A stretch of DNA of 64,000 bases from Myxococcota bacterium (GTDB taxonomy: Bacteria; Myxococcota_A; UBA796; UBA2385). The notes under the pieces were generated by a model, which searched no databases, was not told where the DNA came from, and was given only the letters and a program-made list of their open reading frames with translations. Where the stretch lies: NCBI GenBank assembly GCA_044344255.1, contig JBIJDH010000003.1, positions 525,485 to 589,484 on the forward strand, written 5' to 3'. The translations under genes were made by a program, and so were the position numbers. Numbering within the stretch: position 1 is the stretch's first letter; each line of letters starts with the position of its first letter. Positions 32,374 through 41,830 of the stretch are shown in pieces.

Positions 32374-34008
32374 GTGTCGGAGATCTGGAACACGCTCGTC
32401 CCCGAGCAGACGGTCCACCTCGCCCCTTGGGCCTGGATCCTGGTCGAGAGCTCCACACCGCTTGGCTCCTTCGCGCATGTCACCGGCGTGACCGGCGACG
32501 TGATGGCGGCGCTGAACACGGTGCGGGACCAGCTCCGCGCCTGCATCGAGTCCACCATCGGCGACGTGGCGTCCGGGCGCCTCCGCTTTGACGACCCTCG
32601 CCTGCCCGGTCTCATGGAGGACGCGTACGCCGAGGTGGTGGCCAGCCATCCGCACCTGGCCCTGCTGATCCAGGCGCGTCGGCGACGAGACGGCGGCTTC
32701 GACTGGTCCTTCCCGCGGGACCCTGACTACCTCCCCGACCACCGCCTCGATCGTCTGCGGCTGATCAACGTGGTGCAGCGCGAGGTCTCCGGCGGAGAGC
32801 TCCGCGCCCTCTCCTCCGAGGCGGTGGGCTGGCTGTCGGGGGAGCTCCAGGGGCGACATACGGCGCGCAGCCTGCAGCGGGCTGTCACGGCGCGTCCGGA
32901 GGCCGAGCGGCTGCCGATGGAGAAGCTGCTCGGCAACCTGCATCGAGTGGGCTCTTTGCTCCAGACCCCCGGGGCCGGGCTGCGCCGCTGGTGGCTCGAC
33001 CACACCCGCGACGGCGACGTGGTGCACCTCGGCCACGCCGCGCTGATGGCCCGGATCGGGGAGGAGTTCATCTACTTCGATCCCTGGCTCGTTCCCTGGC
33101 TGTCGGAGGTGCCGGCGGCTTCGCTTTGGCCCTCGCTGCTGCCGGCGCCTGCGGCCATCTTCTTCACGCACGAGCATGACGATCACCTCGATCGGCGCGC
33201 CATGATGGCCTTCCCCAAGGACACCCCGATCATTGTGCCGGCGCCGCGGGACGGGGCGTCCTTCCACTTCGACTACGAGGGGTTCTTGAGGCGCCTCGGC
33301 TTCACCCGGGTGGTGCCGCTCGAGCACGGCGAGCGCTGGACGGTGGGGCCGGCGGAGGTGGAGGCGGTGCCCTTCTACGGGGAAGACCCCTGTGACGTCG
33401 ACCTCCCGCGCAACTGCTACTTGCTCGCCGATCGCGGCCGCAACACGCTCATGTGGGCCGACAGCGGGCCGAACAACGCTGGCCGCTCGGCCCTCGTGGA
33501 TGGAGTGGTGGATGACCTCGTGCGGCGGTGGGGCAAGGTGCACCTCCTGCTGAGCTCGCAGCAGCAGATCAAGGAGCTGCGCGCGCTCTCGGTCTACGTC
33601 GCCCTCTGCCCGCCCGGGACCTGGTTTCAGGCCGGGGAGAACGGCTACCTCACCGACGAGTACCTCACCGAGGTCGTGGCGCGCTCGGGGGCACGGCAGT
33701 TTGTGTCCTATGCCACCGGCGGAGCCGACTGGCGCCCGGGCAACACGAGCTTCGCCTTCGGCTGGCACAACCCCGCTCGCGCCGCGTTGATCACGGCGGC
33801 GTGGCGGCCTTTGGAGACGCTCCGCGCGCCACTTCAGCCCCTCGGCTGCGCCTGGCACTACGCGCGGGCCACCGACATCTACCGGCCCCGCGCCGATGGC
33901 GGCACCGACATCCTCTCCGAGGTCGCGGAGCTCTCTCCGGCGGCGCTCTTCGAGGTGGATCATCCGCGCCCGACCTTCTTGGATCGGCTCCCCCGCCTCG
34001 GTCGATGA
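32374..34008 (+). CDS. metallo-beta-lactamase-fold protein resembling CmlA-type diiron beta-hydroxylases
   Basis: HLGHAA, FDPW, THEHDDH, LGF, PFYGED, WADSG, YATGGADW; about 220-aa N-terminal extension. Confidence 0.7.
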   Translation: MSEIWNTLVPEQTVHLAPWAWILVESSTPLGSFAHVTGVTGDVMAALNTVRDQLRACIESTIGDVASGRLRFDDPRLPGLMEDAYAEVVASHPHLALLIQARRRRDGGFDWSFPRDPDYLPDHRLDRLRLINVVQREVSGGELRALSSEAVGWLSGELQGRHTARSLQRAVTARPEAERLPMEKLLGNLHRVGSLLQTPGAGLRRWWLDHTRDGDVVHLGHAALMARIGEEFIYFDPWLVPWLSEVPAASLWPSLLPAPAAIFFTHEHDDHLDRRAMMAFPKDTPIIVPAPRDGASFHFDYEGFLRRLGFTRVVPLEHGERWTVGPAEVEAVPFYGEDPCDVDLPRNCYLLADRGRNTLMWADSGPNNAGRSALVDGVVDDLVRRWGKVHLLLSSQQQIKELRALSVYVALCPPGTWFQAGENGYLTDEYLTEVVARSGARQFVSYATGGADWRPGNTSFAFGWHNPARAALITAAWRPLETLRAPLQPLGCAWHYARATDIYRPRADGGTDILSEVAELSPAALFEVDHPRPTFLDRLPRLGR

Positions 34009-34054
34009 GCGGCTGGCCCTGAGGCGACCTCGGCCGGGGCCCCCTCGAACGGCG

Positions 34055-34086
34055 GCGGGCGCCGGAGGTCTCCCTCCGACGCCCGC
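34055..34086 (-). terminator. hairpin between convergent genes
   Basis: GCGGGCGCCGGAGG-TCTC-CCTCCGACGCCCGC; the single mismatch is a G-U pair on the minus strand. Confidence 0.55.
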
Positions 34087-34118
34087 GCCTCGACTCGGGC
34101 CGCGCGAGCGGCCTCGGC

Positions 34119-35642
34119 CTACTCGCCCTTCTTCTTGTCGCCCTTCGAGCTTCCGCCGGCCTTGGCGGGGGTCGCGTCGACGAAGGCGTACCCGAGCCCC
34201 TTGAGCTCGCTGAACACGTCGACGTTGAGCTCGGTGCCGTTGGCGTCCTTTCCGGTCACGGTGCGCGGGCCCACCACGACGATGATCTGGTGCGCGGGAT
34301 CGAGCCACTTCTTCGCGGCGGCGTGGGCCTCCTCCGCGGTGACGGCGTTGACCTTGGCGCCCCAGGTCTGCCAGGTGTCGGTGGGCAGGCCATCGGCGAC
34401 GAGGCGGCTGAGCGAGCCGGCGGCGCGGGCGTTGGTCTCGAAGCCGCCGGGCAGCGACTTGACCATGCCGTCCTTGGTCACCTGCAGGAGCTCCGCCGAC
34501 GGCGGGTTGGCCATCGCGCGGGAGTAGACGCCGACGAACTCAGCCACGGCGGGGGCCGTCTTGTCGGCCTGGACGGAGGCGTAGGACTGGAACCAGCCGA
34601 GGTCCTTCGTGGCGTCGAAGCCTCCGTAGGCGCCGTAGCTCCAGCCCTTCTCCTCGCGGAGCACCATGTTGAGGGGGGAGGAGAAGTTCCCAGCGGCCAG
34701 CGTGCCCGCCATGTCCGCGGCGTACCAGCCGGCGTCCGTCTTCTGGAGGCCGGCGGCGCCCGTCAGGATGAAGGACTGCACGGAGCCCGGGCTCTCAACG
34801 AAGACGAGCTTCGTGGAGGGGACCGCGAGCGCCGCCGCCACCACGGGGGGCTTGTCCTTGCCGACCTTCCACTTGCCGAAGCGGGCGTCGAGCTCGCGCG
34901 TGAACGCGGCGGGATCGACCGCCCCGGTGACGACGAAGGAGGCGTTACCCGCGTGCCACCACTTCGTGTACCAGCCCTTCACGTCCGCCAGCTTGAGCTT
35001 CGGCAGCGTGGTGAGCGAGCCCCGGCGGGGGAGGCTGTAGGGGTGACCGTTGCCGTAGAGCTGGACGTCCATCGTCTCGCGGGCGATCGTGCGCGGGTCG
35101 CTGCGGTCGGCCTCGACGTCGGAGATGATCTCGGCTTGAACGCGCTTGAAGTCGGTCTCCTTGAAGGCGGGGTTGAGCGCGACCTCGGCGAGGAGGTCAA
35201 GGCTCGGACCCTCGGCGGCCCCGCCGAGCGCGTTGAGCGAGACGCCCACGCTGCGGGAAGACGCGGTGGTCGAGAGCTCCGCGCCAAGGCCCTGGGCTGC
35301 GGCGGCGAGGCCGAGCGTGTCGTACTTCTTGGTGCCCTCGTCGAGCAGGGCCCCCATGAGGTTGCCGATCCCCGCCTTCCCGGGCGCGCCGGTGGGCATC
35401 TCCACCGAGAGCTGCACCGTCACGAGCGGCAGGCCCGTGTTGGGCACGAAGTAGACGGGGATGCCGTTGCTCAGCTTGGTGGTCTGCACAGCGGGGGCGG
35501 TCCAGGCCTTCTCGGGGCCGGGGCCGGGCTGGGTGGCCCGCCAGGCCTCCGGATCGACGACCGGGGGCGGGGCCGCCGCCACTTCGGGGGCCTTCTTGGG
35601 GCCGCAGGCGAGCGCCAGGAGGAGGAGGAGGGGACGCTTCAC
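34119..35642 (-). CDS. M16 peptidase non-catalytic subunit, lipoprotein
   Basis: GTG start overlapping upstream stop; LALAC lipobox; LLDEGT, LREEKGWSYG; no HxxEH. Confidence 0.85.
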   Translation of the reverse strand: MKRPLLLLLALACGPKKAPEVAAAPPPVVDPEAWRATQPGPGPEKAWTAPAVQTTKLSNGIPVYFVPNTGLPLVTVQLSVEMPTGAPGKAGIGNLMGALLDEGTKKYDTLGLAAAAQGLGAELSTTASSRSVGVSLNALGGAAEGPSLDLLAEVALNPAFKETDFKRVQAEIISDVEADRSDPRTIARETMDVQLYGNGHPYSLPRRGSLTTLPKLKLADVKGWYTKWWHAGNASFVVTGAVDPAAFTRELDARFGKWKVGKDKPPVVAAALAVPSTKLVFVESPGSVQSFILTGAAGLQKTDAGWYAADMAGTLAAGNFSSPLNMVLREEKGWSYGAYGGFDATKDLGWFQSYASVQADKTAPAVAEFVGVYSRAMANPPSAELLQVTKDGMVKSLPGGFETNARAAGSLSRLVADGLPTDTWQTWGAKVNAVTAEEAHAAAKKWLDPAHQIIVVVGPRTVTGKDANGTELNVDVFSELKGLGYAFVDATPAKAGGSSKGDKKKGE

Positions 35643-37009
35643 TTGGCACCTCCGGCCACGGGCACGACCGTGACGATCACGCGGTTGTCGGCCCGGACGG
35701 TCTCGGCGTAGGTCTTCTGGATGGACTCCGGGGTGACGGCGTCGTAGCGGGCGAAGTCCTTCGGGAGGAAGCCCGCGTCCCCGGCGATCGTGTGGTAGTA
35801 GTTGAGCAGGTCGGCCTTTCCGCCGAAGCCGCCGATCTTCTCGAGGCCGCGAAGCGTGTCGGCCTGCCACTGGCGGCGGGCCCGCTCCACCTCGGCGGCC
35901 GTCGGTGCCTGCTTGGTGAGGGCTTCGATGACGGGCCAGGCGGCCTTCTCGAGGCTCTCGGGGGTCTGGCCCTTGTTGCCGGTGATGCCGATCTCGAGGA
36001 TGGAGCCTTGCACCTGGGAGTACCAGGCGACGCTGACCTCTTGGGCGATCGGCTTGTCGAGGACGAGCGCCTTCTCGAGGCGCCCCGTCTTCTCCAGGCC
36101 GAGGATGGTGGCTGCGAGCGCCATCTCGGCGTCGCCGGCCTGCATCGCGCGGGGCCCGATCCACGCGAAGTAGACCTTCGGGAGCTCGACCTCATCCTCC
36201 ACCGTGGCCCGCCGCTCGGCGGTGATCGGCTGGGTGGTGATGTTGAGGGGAGGGGGCTCGCCACCCTTCGGGATGGAGCCGAAGTACTTCTCGACGAGCG
36301 GCTTGAGCGTCGCCGGATCAAAGTCTCCGGCGATCACGAGGCTCGTATTGTTGGGCGTGTAGTACGACTTGAAGAAGCTCTTCACGTCGTCGAGGGAGGC
36401 GGCCTCGAGGTCGGCGTGCGAGCCGATCACGTAGCTGCCATAAGGGTGGCTGTTTGGGAAGAGGAGCTGGAACAGCTTCTCCTCACCGGGCACGTAGGGC
36501 ACGTTCTCGACCGACTGCTGGCGCTCCTTGCGGACCACCGCCTTCTGGTTGTCGAGCCGCTCCTGAGTGAGCGTGTCGAGCAGGAAGCCCATCCGGTCGC
36601 TCTCCAACCACAGGGCCAGCTCGAGCTGGTTGCTCGGCACGGTCTCGAAGTAGTTGGTGCGGTCGAAGTCGGTCGTGCCGTTCACATCGGCGACACCGGC
36701 GGCCTCGAGCTTGGGAAAGAACTGGTCTTCCGGCACGTTCCTCGAGCCCTGGAACATGATGTGCTCGAAGAGGTGGGCGAAGCCGGACTTTCCGGGCGTC
36801 TCGTAGCCGGCCCCCGTCTTGTACCAGAGGTCGACCGCCACGAGGGGCAGCCGGTGGTCTTCGGTCGCGATGACGGTGAGGCCGTTGGGCAAGGTCCAGG
36901 TCTCGAAGCGGAGCTCCGGCGGCGCGGACTTCGGGGCTTCGGCCTGGGCGACGGACAGGTTCGCCGCCAAGAGTGCTGGGATGAGAGAGACCATCGCGGG
37001 CAAGAGCAC
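35639..37009 (-). CDS. M16 zinc peptidase catalytic subunit (start approximate)
   Basis: GFAHLFEHIMFQGS, NGTTDFDRTNY, ESDRM. Confidence 0.92.
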   Translation of the reverse strand: MLLPAMVSLIPALLAANLSVAQAEAPKSAPPELRFETWTLPNGLTVIATEDHRLPLVAVDLWYKTGAGYETPGKSGFAHLFEHIMFQGSRNVPEDQFFPKLEAAGVADVNGTTDFDRTNYFETVPSNQLELALWLESDRMGFLLDTLTQERLDNQKAVVRKERQQSVENVPYVPGEEKLFQLLFPNSHPYGSYVIGSHADLEAASLDDVKSFFKSYYTPNNTSLVIAGDFDPATLKPLVEKYFGSIPKGGEPPPLNITTQPITAERRATVEDEVELPKVYFAWIGPRAMQAGDAEMALAATILGLEKTGRLEKALVLDKPIAQEVSVAWYSQVQGSILEIGITGNKGQTPESLEKAAWPVIEALTKQAPTAAEVERARRQWQADTLRGLEKIGGFGGKADLLNYYHTIAGDAGFLPKDFARYDAVTPESIQKTYAETVRADNRVIVTVVPVAGGAK

Positions 37010-37178
37010 CTCCGTGGGCCGGCCGGCTTAACGCCCTACGCGGTCCGGTGGAAGCAGGGGGTGTCCGCGGGACAGGAAAGGTTCACGATCGGGCGAAGCC
37101 GCTTCGGCGCTCCCGCCGAAGGCTCCGGGAACCGCTGGCGGGGAGCGATGTCAGGGAGTCGTGAACCCTGGAGGTCCC

Positions 37179-37430
37179 ATGCCCATCTTCCTCGCCCTCG
37201 TCGCGCTGCTCCCGGTCGCCTTTGCCCAGGCTGAAGAGCCCGAAGGGCCCCACATCACCTACCGCCCCGTCACCGAGCTCGACCTCGAGGAGGTCACCGT
37301 CGAAGGTTCGGTGGTGCGGCCCCCCATGAGCTTCATCCAGGAGGCGAAGCACAAAGGGTTCCCGCCGATGATCGCGCTTCGACTGAATTTTGACGAGGAC
37401 CTCCGCGCCTCGGTTGACGCCGTCCGCTGA
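37179..37430 (+). CDS. CglF/GltF-like small secreted gliding-motility protein
   Basis: Signal peptide, then YRPVTELDLEEVTVEGSVVRP...MIALRLNFDEDLRASVD, matching my recollection of the CglF pattern; GGAGG RBS. Confidence 0.6.
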   Translation: MPIFLALVALLPVAFAQAEEPEGPHITYRPVTELDLEEVTVEGSVVRPPMSFIQEAKHKGFPPMIALRLNFDEDLRASVDAVR

Positions 37431-37521
37431 GCGGAGGGGTCTGGAGGGAGTGGTCTGGAGGGCGGGGAGGGAGAGCGGCGCTAGTGTAGCGGGTCTCGGC
37501 ATCCGGCGGTAAATTCAGGGA

Positions 37522-38832
37522 ATGCCTGCTCACCGCACCTCTCGCTCGGCCCTCATGGGCGCCACCCTCCTCTCCACCCTCCTGTTCGGCGCCTGCGGCG
37601 ATGACAAGGGTGGTTCGGGTAACCCCGAGAGCAGCGCCTTCGAGGGCGGAGGCGCGGAGGGTGTCACGTACTATCGAGACGTGAAGCCCCTGATGGACCG
37701 CTCCTGCGTGCGATGCCACGTGGACGGGGGGATCAGCACCCCGCTCACCGACCCCGCCGCGGTGGTGGGGCTCGCAGATCGAATCGGGGCCTATGTGGCC
37801 TCCGGCTACATGCCCCCTCCGGCTCCCGACCCCACCTGCCGCCCCTACGACGGCTCCGAGGTCTTCCACCTGACCGACGCCGAGCGGGCGGTCTTCTCGG
37901 CGTGGATCGAGGGTGGCGCCCCCCTCGGTGACCCCAGCGATGCCCCGGACACGTTCCCGGCCGAGGCCGCGAGCTCGGACCTCAGCTACGATCTCGTCCT
38001 CCGTCCGCCGGCGCCTACCTCGCCCGTCTTCGACGAGACCGGCAACGGCTACACTTGCTTCGTGGTCTCCACCGGGAGCGAGGAGGCGGTCAAGGCCTCC
38101 GCGTTCGTACCCTTGGTGGATAACGACCAGATCGTGCACCACATCGTGCTCTTCGGCTCTACGGACGGGCGCGGGATCCCCGACGACGAGACGGCCACCA
38201 CCGGCTTCACCTGCAACGGCCTCGGTGGTCCGGGCTGGCTGCCAGTCACCGCATGGGGCCCGGGGAACCAGACCACGCAGTTCCCGGACGGCGCGGCCTT
38301 CACGCTGGTGCCCACCACCCAGTACATCCTCCAGATGCACTACTACGAGAGCTACGAAGGCGCTGCGACCGCCACCGATCAGACTGGCTACGGCGTCATC
38401 CTCGACGATTCGGCTGATCGGGCCGTGATCACCGCTCCCTTTGGGCCCACCTCCTTCCGGATCCCGGCTGGCGCGGAGGCCTACTCCAAGGGGGACACCG
38501 TCACCTGGAGCTACGGAGACTACGAGATCCTCGGCTCCTGGCCGCACATGCACGTGCTCGGCAGCGGCTTTCAGCAGAAGATCCTCCGTGCGGACGGCTC
38601 CGAGGACTGTCTGCTCCAAATGGACGACTGGGACTTCCACAGTCAGGTCACCGCGATGTTCAACGAGGCGGCGCCCATCACCTCGGGCGACAAGATCGTG
38701 ACCACTTGCACCTGGGACAACTCCGAGGACAACCCGGCTCAGGTCAACGACCCTGTCCAGGAGGTCACCTTCGGCGAGGGGACCGCGGACGAGATGTGCT
38801 TCGCCTTCACCTACATCACCGCCGCCCGCTGA
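37522..38832 (+). CDS. lipoprotein with c-type heme motif plus copper type II monooxygenase (PHM/DBH-like) domains
   Basis: FGAC lipobox; CVRCH; VHHIV, QMHY, PHMH, DEMC. Confidence 0.82.
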   Translation: MPAHRTSRSALMGATLLSTLLFGACGDDKGGSGNPESSAFEGGGAEGVTYYRDVKPLMDRSCVRCHVDGGISTPLTDPAAVVGLADRIGAYVASGYMPPPAPDPTCRPYDGSEVFHLTDAERAVFSAWIEGGAPLGDPSDAPDTFPAEAASSDLSYDLVLRPPAPTSPVFDETGNGYTCFVVSTGSEEAVKASAFVPLVDNDQIVHHIVLFGSTDGRGIPDDETATTGFTCNGLGGPGWLPVTAWGPGNQTTQFPDGAAFTLVPTTQYILQMHYYESYEGAATATDQTGYGVILDDSADRAVITAPFGPTSFRIPAGAEAYSKGDTVTWSYGDYEILGSWPHMHVLGSGFQQKILRADGSEDCLLQMDDWDFHSQVTAMFNEAAPITSGDKIVTTCTWDNSEDNPAQVNDPVQEVTFGEGTADEMCFAFTYITAAR

Positions 38833-38980
38833 GGCGCCCCCGAAGGTCCGGAGGGTGAGTTCACACAGGGGCCTGTGAGCACGCCCCCGGTGAGGTCGTG
38901 GGGCGCTCGGAGGGAGGCGCCCTATCGGCGGCCGGGCCTAGGCATGTTTCGTGCTGTGCGCTTCGTCGACCGAGGTGTGC

Positions 38981-40336
38981 ATGAGCGATTGGAGCTTCAG
39001 GACGATCATCGAGCCCTTCCGCATCAAGGCGGTCGAGCCCATCCCGATCCTCGATCGGAAGACCCGCGCCGCGGCCCTTGAACGAGGGGGCTACAACCTG
39101 TTCAAGCTGCACGCCGATGAGGTCACCATCGACCTCCTCACCGACTCCGGCACCGGCGCGATGAGCGACGCCCAGTGGGCGGGCATGATGATGGGGGACG
39201 AGACCTACGCGGGCAGCCGCTCCTTCGCGCACTTCGAGGCGGTGCTCCAGCGGCTCACCGGTTTCCCGGTGATCTTCCCCGTGCACCAGGGGCGGGCCGC
39301 CGAGCGGATCTTGGCCACGACCCTGCTCGGGCCGGGCAAGGTCGTGCTCAACAACACCCACTTCGACACCACGCGAGCGAACATCGAGCATGCCGGCGCT
39401 GGCGCGGTCGACCTCCCGGTCGCCTCGGCCGCCGAGCCGGCGAACCCCGCCCCCTTCAAGGGGGACATGGACCTCGCCGCCCTCGACGCCGCCCTCCAGG
39501 AGCACGGCGACCGGGTGGCGATGGTCATGTTGACCATGACCAACAACGCCGCCGGAGGGCAGCCGGTGAGCATGGCCAACGTCGAGGCGGTGAGCGCGCG
39601 TTGCCGCCGGGCGGGGGTCCCCTTCTACATCGACGCCGCCCGGTTCGCGGAGAACGCCTGGTTCATCCGAGAGCGCGAGCCCGGCTACCGCGAATGGAAC
39701 CTCGCCGACATCGCCCGCCGCTTCTTCGATCTGGCGGACGGCTGCACGCTCTCGGCTAAGAAGGACGGCATCGCAAACATCGGCGGGGTGCTCGCCACCC
39801 GTCTGCCCGACCACGCCGATCGCTTCCGCAATGAGCTCATCGTCGGTGAGGGCTTCCCCACCTATGGCGGCCTCGCCGGGCGCGATCTCGAGGCCATCGC
39901 CATCGGCCTCGAGGAGGCCCTGAACGTCGACTATCTTCGCTACCGGGTGCGGACGGTGTCCTACCTCGCGCAGGGCCTTGAGGCGGTGGGGATCCCCGTC
40001 GTTCACCCCTCGGGAGGCCACGCCGTCTATGTCGACGCGGCCCGCCTCCTCCCGCACATCCCCGCCTCGCGCTTCCCCGGGCAGGCCCTGGCGACCGCGC
40101 TGTACCTCGAAGGCGGAGTCCGGAGCTGCGAGATCGGCAGCTTGATGTTCCCGGCGGCCCGCCTGCAGCTTGTCCGCCTCGCGCTGCCGCGCCGCACCTA
40201 TACGCAGGCCCACATCGACTATGTGATCGAGGTCGCGGAGCGGGTGGCCATGCACAAGGGCGAGCTGCAGGGCTACCGCATCGTGAAAGAGCCGCCCTTG
40301 CTCCGGCACTTCACGGCCGAGCTCGCCCCGATCTGA
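38981..40336 (+). CDS. tnaA: tryptophanase / tyrosine phenol-lyase family PLP lyase
   Basis: EPFRIKAVEPI, IDLLTDSGT, HQGRAAE, SAKKDG, EGFPTYGGLAGRD. Confidence 0.88.
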   Translation: MSDWSFRTIIEPFRIKAVEPIPILDRKTRAAALERGGYNLFKLHADEVTIDLLTDSGTGAMSDAQWAGMMMGDETYAGSRSFAHFEAVLQRLTGFPVIFPVHQGRAAERILATTLLGPGKVVLNNTHFDTTRANIEHAGAGAVDLPVASAAEPANPAPFKGDMDLAALDAALQEHGDRVAMVMLTMTNNAAGGQPVSMANVEAVSARCRRAGVPFYIDAARFAENAWFIREREPGYREWNLADIARRFFDLADGCTLSAKKDGIANIGGVLATRLPDHADRFRNELIVGEGFPTYGGLAGRDLEAIAIGLEEALNVDYLRYRVRTVSYLAQGLEAVGIPVVHPSGGHAVYVDAARLLPHIPASRFPGQALATALYLEGGVRSCEIGSLMFPAARLQLVRLALPRRTYTQAHIDYVIEVAERVAMHKGELQGYRIVKEPPLLRHFTAELAPI

Positions 40337-40339
40337 GCC

Positions 40340-41779
40340 TCAGCCCGGGAGGGTCACAGCGTCTGGGTTCGGCACGGCGAGGCGGGTGAGCTGCCGCTCC
40401 ATCCAAGGGGCGCGCAGGCGGTGGTAGACCGCGCCCACCATCCGCCGCGCGCTCTGGCGCCCGGGCCGCTGGACCAGCGCTCGCAGCGCCAGATCGGCTC
40501 GGCTTCCGGAGTGGGTCGAGCGCAGGAGCTCCTTTGCGGCGTCGTAGAAGGGCTGCGGGTAGGGCGCCGGGAAGAGCGTGCGGTTCTCCATCGAGGCCTC
40601 CCAGCTCGTCCCGAGGAGGTGGTCCCGAACCCGCTCGTAGAACACGGTGTTCGGCAAGGGGTAGCTGACGCTGACCCCGATCTCGTCCGGGCGGAGGGTT
40701 CGCACGAGGTCAATGGTGGACCGTACGTCGGCGAGGGTCTCGCCCGGGTAGCCGAGCTGGAGGAAGAAGCCGACGGCGACGCCGCGCCGGTGCAGGTTCT
40801 CGGTGGCTCGTCGGATCTCGGCCACGGTCCCGTCCTTGTCCATCCGCCGCAGCACGGTGTCTGCCCCGCTCTCGGCGCCGATCCAGACCCGGTCGCAGCC
40901 GGAGGCGGCGAGATCGTCGACCACCGCGGGGTCCTGGAGGAGGTCGGCCCGGGAGAGGCAGCGGTAGGGGAGGGGAGGGGCGCCAGCGGCCTCGATCGCT
41001 ACCCGGAAGGCGCGGAGCCAGGCGGGACGGAGGCCGAAGATGTCGTCGGTGAACCAGAGGCGATCGGGCTGATAACGGGCCCGCAAGAGCGAGATCTCGG
41101 CCGCCACGGCTTCGGCGGACCGGACGTGGTAGCTCCGTCCCCAGGTGGGCTTGGCGCACCAGTTGCAGCGGAAGGGGCAGCCGCGGGCCGTCCAGACGTT
41201 CATCTCCCAGTGCCCGTGGCGCGCCCTCCACCGTCGAGCGTACTGGGCGAGGTCCACCAGCTCCCAGGCCGGTAGGGGGAGGTTGTCGAGGTCGGTGATC
41301 ACCGGCCGCCGGCCGCCCGGGCCGCCCTCGCCGTGCAGGCCGAGGAGGTCGCGGCGGCCTTCGGCCCACTCGACGAGGGCGAGGGTGGGGTCTCCCACGA
41401 AGGCGGCGCTGGCACCGGCGGCGAGGTGCTCGGCGGGGCGGTCCGAGACGTCGGGCCCCGCGACGAAGACGGGGAGGCCGCGTCGACGGCAGGCCGCGGC
41501 CATCGCCTGCTGCGCCCGGCGGATTCGACCGAGGCACTGCTTGATCTGGACAGAGTGGTCGTCTGCGAGGATCGCGACCCGCTCTGGGCGTTCGCGGTCG
41601 AGCACCGACTCGAAGCCCCCCTCGTCGACCTCGAACATGGGGTCCCAAAAGCGCACCACGTGGCCGCGCGCTCGTAGAGCCGCCCCCGCCACGAGCGTGG
41701 AGAGGGGGCTATACGGCCGCCCGAGCGCCGCCTCCCGGGGATCCAGCGCCAGAACGTATGGGTGGGTGAGGAGGAGCAT
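40340..41779 (-). CDS. B12-binding radical SAM protein
   Basis: RGCPFRCNWC, FTDDIF, IGAESG, LGYPGET; N-terminal cobalamin-binding-like domain. Confidence 0.88.
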   Translation of the reverse strand: MLLLTHPYVLALDPREAALGRPYSPLSTLVAGAALRARGHVVRFWDPMFEVDEGGFESVLDRERPERVAILADDHSVQIKQCLGRIRRAQQAMAAACRRRGLPVFVAGPDVSDRPAEHLAAGASAAFVGDPTLALVEWAEGRRDLLGLHGEGGPGGRRPVITDLDNLPLPAWELVDLAQYARRWRARHGHWEMNVWTARGCPFRCNWCAKPTWGRSYHVRSAEAVAAEISLLRARYQPDRLWFTDDIFGLRPAWLRAFRVAIEAAGAPPLPYRCLSRADLLQDPAVVDDLAASGCDRVWIGAESGADTVLRRMDKDGTVAEIRRATENLHRRGVAVGFFLQLGYPGETLADVRSTIDLVRTLRPDEIGVSVSYPLPNTVFYERVRDHLLGTSWEASMENRTLFPAPYPQPFYDAAKELLRSTHSGSRADLALRALVQRPGRQSARRMVGAVYHRLRAPWMERQLTRLAVPNPDAVTLPG

Positions 41780-41830
41780 GGGCAACTCTACCCCAGCCAG
41801 ACCGCCGCGGCGGGGCGCCCGCGGTCGCGC

